DNA of 60,595 nt, the filler included. It is 3 parts of 3 records of this genome, joined end to end, with 100 filler letters (N's around TTAATTAATTAA, not from the genome) between each part and the next. Parts side by side here need not be neighbours in the genome. Positions count along the whole stretch, not along the records: positions 29,351 to 60,595 come from SRR2962707_1611; 2 more parts are not named here. One strand, 5' to 3'. Below the pieces are notes generated by a model, which had not been told where the DNA came from, ran no database searches, and saw only the letters and a program-made list of their open reading frames with translations. The translations under genes and the position numbers were made by a program. Shown one piece after another: positions 42,449-51,623 of the stretch; position 1 is the stretch's first letter, and each line of letters starts with the position of its first letter.

Positions 42449-43554
42449 GTCCGCTCCGTGCTGAGTTTGGGCTGGAAGATTGCAAAGCGTCCGTAGAGAC
42501 TGTCGCTGGCGAGCAGCACCACGAAGATGATGCCCTGCAGCACAAGCGCCGTTGCATCAGGCATATCCATGCGGCGCTGAATGAGACCGCCCGAGGCTTC
42601 GATGGCGCCGAACATGATCGCCACTGGCACAATCATCAGCGGATTGTGCCGTGCCAGGAACGCCACCAGAATGCCTGTGAATCCGTAGCCTGCGACCAGA
42701 GATGCATTGGCCTGACCGTGAATGGCTGCCACCTCGAAATAGCCGGCAAGACCGGCACAGGCACCGGCAATTGCCGAGCACGCCAGAATGAGGCCGCCAA
42801 CCGGCAAACCTTGGGCAAGAGCTGCGCGTGGATTGCCGCCGGTGACGCGGGCAGCGAAACCGAACGTGGTTCGCGACATCAGGATTTGCAGCGCCACGAC
42901 GAGCACGAGACCGAAGACCAGACCCCAATGCACATCGGTGCCAGGGATGTTGCCGATCATGTAGTCCTTGCCGATCGGCATGGTGGAGGGTTTGTTCTGT
43001 GACGCCGGGTCGCGCAGTGCGCCCTCGACGAAGAAATTCATGATGGCGATTGCGATATAGGTCAGCAGCAGTGTCGAGATGGTTTCATTGACGCCGCGGC
43101 TGTGCTTGAGCCAGCCGGCAATGGCGTTCCAGGCGCCGCCGGCAAGCATGGCAATTAGGATCATCAGTGCCATTGTCAGATAGGTCGGCGCTTCGGCCGA
43201 GACCAGCGGGATCGCCAGCGCCGCCGCTGCAAAGCCGCCCATCACCAGCGCGCCCTCGGCCCCGATCATCACCAGACCGATGCGAGCCGGAATGGCAAAG
43301 GCTAGCCCGGTCAGGATCAGCGGCGCCGCCCGCTGTAGCGTGTTCTGGAACGAAAACGAGGACCCGAAGCCGCCGCGCCAGACCAGCTCGAAAAACTGGG
43401 CCGGGCTTTTGCCCAGGATCATCAAAAACACCGAAAAGATGGTTGCCGACGCAATCAGAGCTCCCAGCGGGATCGCAACAGCTTCGAAAGAGGCACGAAG
43501 CCGCGCTGTATCAAAGGCCGGTGCTTTGACAAATGTCGTTTCTGCTTGTGCCAT
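42445..43554 (-). CDS. ABC permease (nucleoside/BMP type)
   Basis: APLILTGL, IGAEG, VNETISTLL and GYGFTGILVAFLAR.NP motifs. Confidence 0.9.
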   Translation of the reverse strand: MAQAETTFVKAPAFDTARLRASFEAVAIPLGALIASATIFSVFLMILGKSPAQFFELVWRGGFGSSFSFQNTLQRAAPLILTGLAFAIPARIGLVMIGAEGALVMGGFAAAALAIPLVSAEAPTYLTMALMILIAMLAGGAWNAIAGWLKHSRGVNETISTLLLTYIAIAIMNFFVEGALRDPASQNKPSTMPIGKDYMIGNIPGTDVHWGLVFGLVLVVALQILMSRTTFGFAARVTGGNPRAALAQGLPVGGLILACSAIAGACAGLAGYFEVAAIHGQANASLVAGYGFTGILVAFLARHNPLMIVPVAIMFGAIEASGGLIQRRMDMPDATALVLQGIIFVVLLASDSLYGRFAIFQPKLSTERT

Positions 43555-43591
43555 ACCCGATCACGATCACTCTCAAGAGGCAAACAAAACA

Positions 43592-43617
43592 GGCTGCGCG
43601 CGCAATGGCGCGCAGCC
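43592..43617. other. Stem-loop after the substrate-binding gene (likely mRNA stabiliser)
   Basis: GGCTGCGCGC-N6-GCGCGCAGCC, no U-tract. Confidence 0.55.
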
Positions 43618-43628
43618 CGGCAATAGGA

Positions 43629-44744
43629 TCAGGTGGTGGAACCAATGACGCCTTCGAGCAGGAAGCTCATGCCATCAAGCACCGGATCGTAATTGTCGAA
43701 GGTCTTGTCGAGAACCACATTGCCTTCATTGTCCTTGAGCGGGCCGACATAGATCGGCTTGCCTTCCTTCAGACCGGCAATCGCAGCATCGGCGGCCGCG
43801 ATGGCTTCGGGCGTGGCGCCAGCGCCATAGGCGGTGTTCCTGACCATGTCGTTGTGATAACCGCCGACCACCACGTTGGGCAGAGCCTCGCCCTTGCCCA
43901 GCATGTCGGCATACATGGTGTAGATGGTTTCCCATTTGTATTCCGCGCCGGTGATGAAGCCCTTGGGTGCAAGCGGCGCCTGCGAGGCGTTGTGGCCGCA
44001 GCTCTTGACGCCACGGCTTTCGGCTGTTTCGATCACAACTTTCGGGCCGTCAACGTGGCAGGTCAGGACGTCGCATCCCGCATCAACCAGCGCATTTGCA
44101 GCTTCAGCCTCACGCACAGGCAACGACCAATCGCCAGTGAAGATGACCTGAACCTCGGCGTCGGGATTGACCGAGCGCGCGCCCAGAAGAACCGAGTTGA
44201 TGTTGGACAACACTGTCGGGATCGGTTTTGCCGCGACAAATCCGATTTTGTTGGATGTGGTGCTTAGGCCTGCTGCAACGCCGTTCACATAATGCGCCTG
44301 GTTGAGGTAGCAGAAATAGCTGCCCAGATTGGCGGGGTGCTTGTCCTTGTTCCACAGCGGCGCTGCGTGACGAAACTGAACGTCGGGATACTTGCTGGCG
44401 AGATCGATCATGAACGGCTCGAAATACCCAAACGACGTTCCCAGAATGAGGTTCGCACCATCCAGGTTGATCATCGATTCCATCGACTTCGAAACAGAGT
44501 CAGTTTCCGGAACGTTTTCTTCCTCGATAACGGTGACGTTTTCGACCTTCTTGAGGATTTCCATGGCGACCGAATGCGCCTGGTTCCAGCCGAAATCGTC
44601 GCGCGGTCCGACATAAACCGCACCAAGCACGACGTCTTCAGCCGCTGAAGCGCTGTTGATGAACGGCATCGGCAGCGCCATCGCCGCGATACCTGCAGCG
44701 CCTGTCTTCAATATCGAGCGCCGTGAAATGTGTTTTGTAGCCAT
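43629..44744 (-). CDS. BMP-family ABC substrate-binding protein, Tat-exported
   Basis: SRRSILK signal; YVGPRDDFGWNQAH and GTSFGY motifs. Confidence 0.92.
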   Translation of the reverse strand: MATKHISRRSILKTGAAGIAAMALPMPFINSASAAEDVVLGAVYVGPRDDFGWNQAHSVAMEILKKVENVTVIEEENVPETDSVSKSMESMINLDGANLILGTSFGYFEPFMIDLASKYPDVQFRHAAPLWNKDKHPANLGSYFCYLNQAHYVNGVAAGLSTTSNKIGFVAAKPIPTVLSNINSVLLGARSVNPDAEVQVIFTGDWSLPVREAEAANALVDAGCDVLTCHVDGPKVVIETAESRGVKSCGHNASQAPLAPKGFITGAEYKWETIYTMYADMLGKGEALPNVVVGGYHNDMVRNTAYGAGATPEAIAAADAAIAGLKEGKPIYVGPLKDNEGNVVLDKTFDNYDPVLDGMSFLLEGVIGSTT

Positions 44745-44818
44745 GTCCGGTTCCTTTGCTGGCTTTGCAGATCCCTGCTGTCGCCGGATTTTGAAAGACC
44801 ACCGGCTACAAACAGTTT

Positions 44819-44834
44819 TGCAAGACACGTGCCA
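44819..44834 (-). promoter_or_regulatory. Sigma-54 promoter of the 12-gene operon
   Basis: TGGCAC-GTGTC-TTGCA, consensus match, 75 bp upstream of the BMP start. Confidence 0.87.
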
Positions 44835-44985
44835 GTTCAGATTATTTATTTTTATCTTTAAATTTCAGAAGCTTGCCGAATTACATCGACATTGCAATCT
44901 TCTTCGGAAGGCTGAATCAGAGCAGACGGAGACCAATAAATGTACAAAGATTTAGTGATGCATAATTATTTCGCATTATTGATAT

Positions 44986-44999
44986 AATTGTATACAATT
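44986..44999. promoter_or_regulatory. GTATAC palindromic GntR-type operator
   Basis: Perfect 14-bp palindrome AATTGTATACAATT. Confidence 0.75.
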
Positions 45000-45050
45000 G
45001 AGCGGTGTGTGCATTTTCGCTCTTGTCGTACGCACACTCACCCGCTTCCG

Positions 45051-46013
45051 TCAGGCAAGGCCGCTGGCTTGATAGGTCGGGCTCAACCTGCTCTCCAGAT
45101 AATCATCGACACGAATGGATGCATAGCGTGGCGGGTTTTCCGGTCCGCTGCAGGTCGGCAGACATTCGATGATCGCGTCCGGATTGGGATCCAGGAAAAA
45201 CGCAATCGAATAGCGCTCGCGCCCTGCAGGACTGACCACCCGGTGCGGGGTCGAGACATAGGTGTCGTTGGTCCATCGCATCAGGCAGTCGCCAATGTTG
45301 CAGACGAACGCACCCGGGATGTAGGGCGCCTTGATCCATTCACCGGTTCTTGTTTGAACCTCAAGACCACCGACCTCATCGGTCAGAAGCAGCGTTACAC
45401 ACCCATAGTCGGTGTGCGCGCCCGCGCCCATCTGGCCGTCCTCCACCGCACCCGGCTGCGGCGGATAGTGCAACAGCCGGAGCGTGGCGAGCGGCCGGTC
45501 GAGCTTGTCTTCGAAGTGATCGGAATCCAATCCGAGATCACTGGCGAACGCCATGTGCAGCCGGCGGCCAATGTCGAGCGCAGCATCGAAATACGCAAGC
45601 ATGGCCTGGCGGAATCCTGGTTGCTCCGGCCAGAGATTGAGAGCGCGGAAGCGCGCTCCCGCCAGCAATTCCGGATCATCAGCGGCAAGCTCAAGCCCGA
45701 TATTGAAGGCCTCTTTCAGATCCGCCGGCTTGGACGGATCGAGCGCCTCGCCACGCATCGGAACATATCCACGATTGCCGGTTTTGGGCGAAATCTCGAC
45801 CTGCTTCTTCACCGTTTCCGGATGCACGAAGAAATCGTGAGACGTTGCAAACAGGGCGGCAATATCGTCAAGCGAAAGCGCGTGGCCCTTGATGTAGAAG
45901 AAACCGACCCCGCGGCAGGCCTCACCGATCAGCTTTGCCGTCTTGTCTATTGCAGCCTGATCGGTGCCGTAGAGGCTTTTGATATCGATAACCGGAATAT
46001 CTTGCTCTGACAT
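45051..46013 (-). CDS. 2-oxoglutarate/Fe(II) dioxygenase (isopenicillin N synthase-like)
   Basis: IPVIDI, GFFYIKGH, HTD...H (AHTDYG, PHRV) and RYS 2OG-binding motif. Confidence 0.92.
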   Translation of the reverse strand: MSEQDIPVIDIKSLYGTDQAAIDKTAKLIGEACRGVGFFYIKGHALSLDDIAALFATSHDFFVHPETVKKQVEISPKTGNRGYVPMRGEALDPSKPADLKEAFNIGLELAADDPELLAGARFRALNLWPEQPGFRQAMLAYFDAALDIGRRLHMAFASDLGLDSDHFEDKLDRPLATLRLLHYPPQPGAVEDGQMGAGAHTDYGCVTLLLTDEVGGLEVQTRTGEWIKAPYIPGAFVCNIGDCLMRWTNDTYVSTPHRVVSPAGRERYSIAFFLDPNPDAIIECLPTCSGPENPPRYASIRVDDYLESRLSPTYQASGLA

Positions 46014-46022
46014 GGGAATTCC

Positions 46023-47372
46023 TCAGCTGAACCGTTTGGCGGCGGCGGAATGGTCTGCGATCAGTTTGGCCACATCAAGCCCGATGATGTGTCCGTCCAT
46101 GACCCGCCACTCGCCAGCGACCATCACCCGGTCGGCGCGGTTGGCGCCGCAGTGAACCAGGGCTGCGATTGGATCATGATTTCCTGAAAACCGCATCTCG
46201 TCGAGCGTGAACATCGCCAGATCGGCCTGCTTGCCAACCGCGATTTCGCCGATATCACTGCGGCCCAAGCATTTTGCCGATCCGGTCGTCGCCCAGCGCA
46301 AGGCGTCGCGGTGGGTAATCCGCTCAGCGGAGTTGTAACCCAGCCGGTTGACCATCAACGCATGCCGCACCTCTTCCATCAGGTTCGAGCTGTCATTGGA
46401 GGCCGAGCCATCGACGCCAAGACCAACCGGGCTGCCTGCCGCTTCGAGATCAAGCGTCTTGCAAAAGCCAGAGGCCAGAACGGCATTGGATGTCGGGCAG
46501 TGGCAGACGCCGACGCCGTGCTTGCCGAGCTTCTCGCAATCCTCGCAGGTAAAATGGATCCCATGCGCCAGCCACACCCTGGGCTGCAGCCAGTTGCAAT
46601 CCTCAAGCCAGTCGATCGGCCGGTAGCCGAAGGTCTCGATGCAGAACGCCTCTTCATCCACGGTCTCGGCCAGATGCGTGTGCAGCCGACAATCATAGGT
46701 CTCGGCGAGAGTCGCGCTTTCGCGCATGACATTTCTCGAGACATTGAACGGCGCGCACGGGGCAAGCGCAATCTGGATCATCGCGCCATCGGAAGTGTCG
46801 TGATAGCGCTTGAGCACCCGCTCGCTGTCGGCCAGAATCGTGTCATCGTCCTGGACGATGTGATCATCAGGAATGGCGCCGTCCTTCTTGGACAGCGACA
46901 GCGATCCGCGCGTCACCGTGGCGCGAATGCCGAGCGCCTTCGCTTCCTGCACCTCGATGTCCGTTGCATCCTCGAGACCATCATAGACCATGTAATTGTG
47001 GTCCATCGCCGTGGTGCAGCCCGACAGCAGCAGTTCGGCATAAGCCAGCCGGGCGCCGACGCGAAACATGTCGCGGTCGAGCTTGCTCCAGATCGGATAC
47101 AACGCCTGCAGCCAGGGGAATAGCTCTTTGTCCCGCGCCGCCGGATGCGCCCGGCACAGGGTCTGGAAAAAATGGTGGTGCGTGTTGATCAGGCCAGGGA
47201 TGATCGCGTGGTTCGACGCATCGAAGATCTCATCCACATCGGTGACCGGCGCCCTGCCCGCAGGCACAAGCTCAACGATACGGCTGCCGGATATGACAAT
47301 GCCGCCACCTGCGTTGTCCGCCAGGATCGCCAGCGGGTTCTTGATCCAGATTTTCATGCGTTGCCTATCCAT
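46023..47372 (-). CDS. Amidohydrolase, 8-oxoguanine deaminase-like
   Basis: NTHHHFFQTL, PCAPF, HTHLAE and GVDGSASND; paralog of 21375-22715; start at 47372 or 47357. Confidence 0.85.
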   Translation of the reverse strand: MDRQRMKIWIKNPLAILADNAGGGIVISGSRIVELVPAGRAPVTDVDEIFDASNHAIIPGLINTHHHFFQTLCRAHPAARDKELFPWLQALYPIWSKLDRDMFRVGARLAYAELLLSGCTTAMDHNYMVYDGLEDATDIEVQEAKALGIRATVTRGSLSLSKKDGAIPDDHIVQDDDTILADSERVLKRYHDTSDGAMIQIALAPCAPFNVSRNVMRESATLAETYDCRLHTHLAETVDEEAFCIETFGYRPIDWLEDCNWLQPRVWLAHGIHFTCEDCEKLGKHGVGVCHCPTSNAVLASGFCKTLDLEAAGSPVGLGVDGSASNDSSNLMEEVRHALMVNRLGYNSAERITHRDALRWATTGSAKCLGRSDIGEIAVGKQADLAMFTLDEMRFSGNHDPIAALVHCGANRADRVMVAGEWRVMDGHIIGLDVAKLIADHSAAAKRFS

Positions 47373-47415
47373 ACTGCCTGTTTCTTGCGCACGCGAGCGC
47401 ACCAGATTGAAACCA

Positions 47416-47431
47416 AGCAACACCCATGCCA
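47416..47431 (-). promoter_or_regulatory. Sigma-54 promoter
   Basis: TGGCAT-GGGTG-TTGCT about 45 bp upstream of the deaminase-like gene. Confidence 0.75.
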
Positions 47432-47476
47432 GATAGGGTGCGACAAATGTCCCGGGTCTGAATTGAAAGCTCTGCC

Positions 47477-48712
47477 ATGAAAGTCGATCTTGTTCTTCGC
47501 AATGCCCGGGTGCAGGGTTTTGATGCCCTCATCGACATCGCGGTCACCGACGGGATCGTGACCGCGCTTGAGCCGAAGATTGTTTGCGAGGCCGTTTTGG
47601 AAGAGGATCTGGGTGGCAAGGTTGCGTTCGCGGGCTTTGTCGACAGCCATGTGCATCTCGACAAGGCCTGCATTCTCGACCGTTGCAGCGTTTGCGAAGG
47701 TACATTGCAGGAAGCCGTGCGCGAGACCGCCGTTGCCAAGGCAGGCTTTACCGAGGACGACGTCTATGCCCGCGCGGCCTCAGTGGTCGAGAAGGCAATC
47801 CTTCATGGCACAACACGCATGCGGACATTTGTCGAGGTTGATCCGCGCGCCGGACTGCAGTCTTTCAACGCCATTCGCCGGATCAAGGCCGATTACGCCT
47901 TCGCGCTCGACATCCAGATTTGCGCTTTCGCCCAGGACGGGCTGACCCAGGAGCCTGAAACACTCGCTCTGCTTGACCGTGCCCTTTCCGATGGCGCCGA
48001 TCTGGTCGCAGGCTGCCCTTACACCGACCCGGATCCGGTCCGGCATATTGGCCTGATTTTCGACATGGCCGAAAAGCACGGCGTCGATGTTGATTTCCAT
48101 CTGGATTTCGATCTGGATCCCACAGCGTCCAATCTGCCCGCGGTGATTTCCGAGACGGTAGCGCGCGGCTATCAGGGCCGGGTTGCCGTCGGCCACATGA
48201 CCAAGCTCTCCGCCATGCCTCGCGACCAGCTTCAGCAACTCATCAGCGATCTGCACGCGGCCGGAATTGCGCTTGTGACGCTGCCTTCAACCGACTTGTT
48301 CCTGATGGGACGGGAGCATGATCACAATGTGCCCCGCGGCGTTGCGCCTGCACATCTTTTCGCCCAAGCCGGTGTGAACGCCGCTATCGCCACCAACAAT
48401 GTGCTCAACCCATTCACGCCCTACGGCGACGCTTCGCTGTCCCGCATGGCCAATCTCTACGCCAATGTGATGCAGCTCTCCCGCAACGATGAGCTGGGTA
48501 CAGTCTTCTCGATGGTCAGCGACGCTCCGGCGCACATTCTGCAAACGCCCTACGGCCTCACGCTCGGCGGTCCGGCCGACATCGTGGTGCTGGATGCGAC
48601 CGACCCGGTCTCCGCGATCCGGGAAATCGCGCCAGCGCTGTGCGGATGGAAAAATGGCCGCAAGAGCTTCTCCCGGCCAGCGCCGCTTTTGCATCGGCCG
48701 GCTGATGGTTGA
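47477..48712 (+). CDS. Amidohydrolase, cytosine deaminase (CodA)/AtzC-like
   Basis: GFVDSHVHLDKA, HGTTRMRT, FHLDF, VGHMT and ATNNVLNPFTPYG motifs. Confidence 0.85.
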   Translation: MKVDLVLRNARVQGFDALIDIAVTDGIVTALEPKIVCEAVLEEDLGGKVAFAGFVDSHVHLDKACILDRCSVCEGTLQEAVRETAVAKAGFTEDDVYARAASVVEKAILHGTTRMRTFVEVDPRAGLQSFNAIRRIKADYAFALDIQICAFAQDGLTQEPETLALLDRALSDGADLVAGCPYTDPDPVRHIGLIFDMAEKHGVDVDFHLDFDLDPTASNLPAVISETVARGYQGRVAVGHMTKLSAMPRDQLQQLISDLHAAGIALVTLPSTDLFLMGREHDHNVPRGVAPAHLFAQAGVNAAIATNNVLNPFTPYGDASLSRMANLYANVMQLSRNDELGTVFSMVSDAPAHILQTPYGLTLGGPADIVVLDATDPVSAIREIAPALCGWKNGRKSFSRPAPLLHRPADG

Positions 48713-48733
48713 TACAAAAGCATTCGGCGGATG

Positions 48734-49681
48734 CTATTGCTTTTCCGTGTTTGAAATCCGCGGCGCCCCGCTGGCCGAGTTGAGGTAGCGGTTCTCCCAC
48801 CAGGAAAACACGATATCGCGCAGCGCTGAATCATCGTCATCGCCATAGATGGCCCGCCGCGCCAGCGCCTCGAACTTGGCTGCTTCTTCCGCATCAAGGG
48901 TTATCTCCACCGCCGTCTCCGGCAGCGGCGTGTTGGCGAATTGCGGTACATAGGCTGCATCGGGCACGAGCTCGCGCGTCGCCTTGATTTGCGAATTGAC
49001 AAAATCCTTTGGCGTCCGCTGGCTCCTGAGTGTTGGCGTTTCCGGGACGGAAGCCATCTCCTCGTCAGTTGCGTCGAGGATCTGCAGCCTTATCGGCTTG
49101 AGGCCAAAATTGCTGGTACGCATCACGTCCGCTCCGCAGACATTGGGGACCGCCAGCACATCCATCAGTGCTATCAGATCGATGTGATCGCCTTTCTGGG
49201 ACTGCTGCCGGGTGATGGTGGCGCTGCCTTCGAGAGTCACCTCCGTGCACATGAACATGTTGAAACTGTCATGCACATCGTCAGGGGTCAGCCCGTACTC
49301 ACGCTGCGCTTCGGACTGGATATCGTGGCAGTTGGTATGCGTGTGAAAGCCATAGGCGCTTTCGTAGAGATATGCGCTGCAGCGGGGAAACAGGACATCG
49401 TTGCGGCCGTAGGTGTCCTCGGCGATGTACATCATTGCCCGTTCGCGCGGCGGCGCCGACCAGAGATAGGTTCCCTTGCCGGGATTGAAGCCATGCACCG
49501 TGCGGGTGCGCCCGCAATGCATGAATTCCTTGTAGTCATGCAGATTGAAGCAATTGAAATCAACACATTGGGCGCCGAATACCTGCTCGATCCTGAGGAT
49601 CTGGCCCTTGCGGACCTCGAGCGCCTTGCCGGTTCCCGGCTGCATGGTCCATTCAAATACCGGTTGACGCTCTGACATCAT
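48734..49681 (-). CDS. DUF1989 (urea carboxylase-associated/CgdAB-like) protein with C-terminal extension
   Basis: GQILRI....GAQCVDFN, DTYGRNDVLFPRC, HTNCHD, DVHDSFNMFM and AVPNVC motifs. Confidence 0.8.
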   Translation of the reverse strand: MMSERQPVFEWTMQPGTGKALEVRKGQILRIEQVFGAQCVDFNCFNLHDYKEFMHCGRTRTVHGFNPGKGTYLWSAPPRERAMMYIAEDTYGRNDVLFPRCSAYLYESAYGFHTHTNCHDIQSEAQREYGLTPDDVHDSFNMFMCTEVTLEGSATITRQQSQKGDHIDLIALMDVLAVPNVCGADVMRTSNFGLKPIRLQILDATDEEMASVPETPTLRSQRTPKDFVNSQIKATRELVPDAAYVPQFANTPLPETAVEITLDAEEAAKFEALARRAIYGDDDDSALRDIVFSWWENRYLNSASGAPRISNTEKQ

Positions 49682-49836
49682 TTGACCTCCGGCTGACCAG
49701 CGGGCACCGGCTCGCTTTCGGAGATGGCGCGCCTGACCAGAGCTTCGAGCGACGGCGCTGCGCCATCCTCCACAGCCCGCTCAAGCAGCGCTCGCTGCTG
49801 GTGATTGAGCCATAGCTTGAGTGTCTTTTCTGTCAT
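49678..49836 (-). CDS. Small protein, ribbon-helix-helix-like
   Basis: 52 aa, GGAG RBS, ATGA overlap with the DUF1989 gene; beta-helix-G..S-helix pattern. Confidence 0.6.
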   Translation of the reverse strand: MTEKTLKLWLNHQQRALLERAVEDGAAPSLEALVRRAISESEPVPAGQPEVK

Positions 49837-49871
49837 CTCGCTTCTCCGTCGTATGCCTGAACTCAATTTCA

Positions 49872-49879
49872 TGTATACA
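49872..49879. promoter_or_regulatory. GTATAC operator copy
   Basis: TGTATACA about 35 bp upstream of the small ORF. Confidence 0.5.
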
Positions 49880-50046
49880 CGATTTTGTTTTCTTGCTACC
49901 ACTGATTTCGGGCTGAAACACAGTTTGGAACGGCCCTAAACGGGAATGAAAGGCAGTAGAAGTATTCATATTGGTCAATCCGCCTCGTCTTTAGGCAACA
50001 ACCGCCCAATAAATGGACATTTGATCGATACAATAAATACGCAATT

Positions 50047-50056
50047 TTGTATACAA
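50047..50056. promoter_or_regulatory. GTATAC operator copy
   Basis: TTGTATACAA about 25 bp upstream of gntR. Confidence 0.7.
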
Positions 50057-50080
50057 TAGCGCACTTAACGCGAGCACGAC

Positions 50081-50842
50081 ATGACCAACAAGCCGAATAG
50101 AATTGATCAGGCCTACACGGCGCTCAAAAGCGCCATCATCGAGCAGGCGCTGCGTCCGGGTGACAAGCTTCCCGAGGACGAAGTCGGGCAATTGTTCTCG
50201 ATGAGCCGCACTCTGGTCAGGCAGGTCTTCAGCCGGCTGAATGCCGAGGGGCTGATTGAGATCGGCGGCAAGCGGCCCGCCACAGTTTCCATTCCCAGCC
50301 TCGACGATGCCGTGGCCGCTTTCGAGGTCCGCCAGGCGCTGGAGCGGGAAGTTGTGTCCCTGGTCATCAAGCGCTGGACGCCCGAGCATGCCGCAAGGCT
50401 CGAGGCGCACCTTGCCAAGGAAATCGCGGCTGCGAAAGCGGGCAACGCCCCAACTTCCATCCGGCTTGCCGGAGAGTTCCACACGCTTCTGGCCGAAATG
50501 ACCGGCAATCCATTGCTGTCGCGCTTCGTCTCCGACGTTGTCTCTCGCTGCTCGGTGATCCTGGCCGTTTTCGGCCGGCCCCATTCGGCCGATTGCGGCG
50601 TCCATGAACATCGTGAAATCATAAACGCCATAGCTGCGGGAGACGCCGCCAAAGCCTGGGATCTTATGCATCACCATCTGGGTGAGGTTGAAGCCCGCGC
50701 CTTGATCACTTCCCCTGAAACCTCCCCCAGAACCCTTGCCGACATGCTCTCGCCCTATGTCGATGGTGGAGGCATCCCGGCCCCCAAACCCGCACAAGGC
50801 CGGGGCCGGCCGAAGCTGCAAGTTATCAAGGAAAACAGATGA
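50081..50842 (+). CDS. GntR/FCD family regulator
   Basis: PGDKLPEDEVGQLFSMSRTLVR HTH; paralog of 31242-31919. Confidence 0.92.
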   Translation: MTNKPNRIDQAYTALKSAIIEQALRPGDKLPEDEVGQLFSMSRTLVRQVFSRLNAEGLIEIGGKRPATVSIPSLDDAVAAFEVRQALEREVVSLVIKRWTPEHAARLEAHLAKEIAAAKAGNAPTSIRLAGEFHTLLAEMTGNPLLSRFVSDVVSRCSVILAVFGRPHSADCGVHEHREIINAIAAGDAAKAWDLMHHHLGEVEARALITSPETSPRTLADMLSPYVDGGGIPAPKPAQGRGRPKLQVIKENR

Positions 50843-51543
50843 ACTTTGAAACACCGGTCGGCCATACACATTTTGATTTCTCCGGGCTTAGCGGTCGTGA
50901 CAAATACAAGCTGATCACCGGCACGGTGATCCCGCGCCCCATCGCGCTTGTTACGACGGTCGATGAAAACGGCGTGGTCAATGCCGCGCCCTTCAGCTTT
51001 TTCAATGCGCTGTCCGGCGATCCTGCAATTGTGGCAATCGGCGTTGAAAACAAGGCAGACATGAGTTTCAAGGACACCGGACACAACGTCCGGATGACCG
51101 AGCAGTTCACGGTCAACATTGTCGATCAGGCGATGATCGACGCGATGAACATTTGCGCGGTGCCGTTTCCCTCGGAAGTGGATGAACTCGATATCGCTGG
51201 ACTGACGCAGGTACCCGGCGTTCACGTGAACTGCCCGCGCATTCTGGAGGCTCCTGCCGCGCTTGAATGCAAGCGTTACATCACCCTCGAGATCGGCAAG
51301 TCGCGCGAAATCATCCTTGGCGAAGTCGTGGGCGTCTTCATCCGAAAGGATTGCGTCAATCCGCTCAACAAGCATGTCGACCAGAAACGCATGGATGCCG
51401 TTGGCCGCCTGGGCGGCCACGACTATTCGACCATCCGCGACCAGTTCACGCTTGCGACCATGTCGGTGGCTGACTGGGAAAAGAACACCAAGAATCTCGA
51501 CGACTCCGCAGAACCGGAAAATCCGGCAGGGGAACAACCATAA
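50839..51543 (+). CDS. Flavin reductase-like FMN-binding protein
   Basis: PRPIALVTT, NAAPFSFFN, KDT..N and VGRLGG..Y motifs. Confidence 0.9.
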   Translation: MNFETPVGHTHFDFSGLSGRDKYKLITGTVIPRPIALVTTVDENGVVNAAPFSFFNALSGDPAIVAIGVENKADMSFKDTGHNVRMTEQFTVNIVDQAMIDAMNICAVPFPSEVDELDIAGLTQVPGVHVNCPRILEAPAALECKRYITLEIGKSREIILGEVVGVFIRKDCVNPLNKHVDQKRMDAVGRLGGHDYSTIRDQFTLATMSVADWEKNTKNLDDSAEPENPAGEQP

Positions 51544-51623
51544 CAAGACACACCGTTGAGCAATTGCCGACCGGAGGAAAGCGCCTGAAGGCGTAGTGAA
51601 CACACAAAACACGGAGACGAGAG

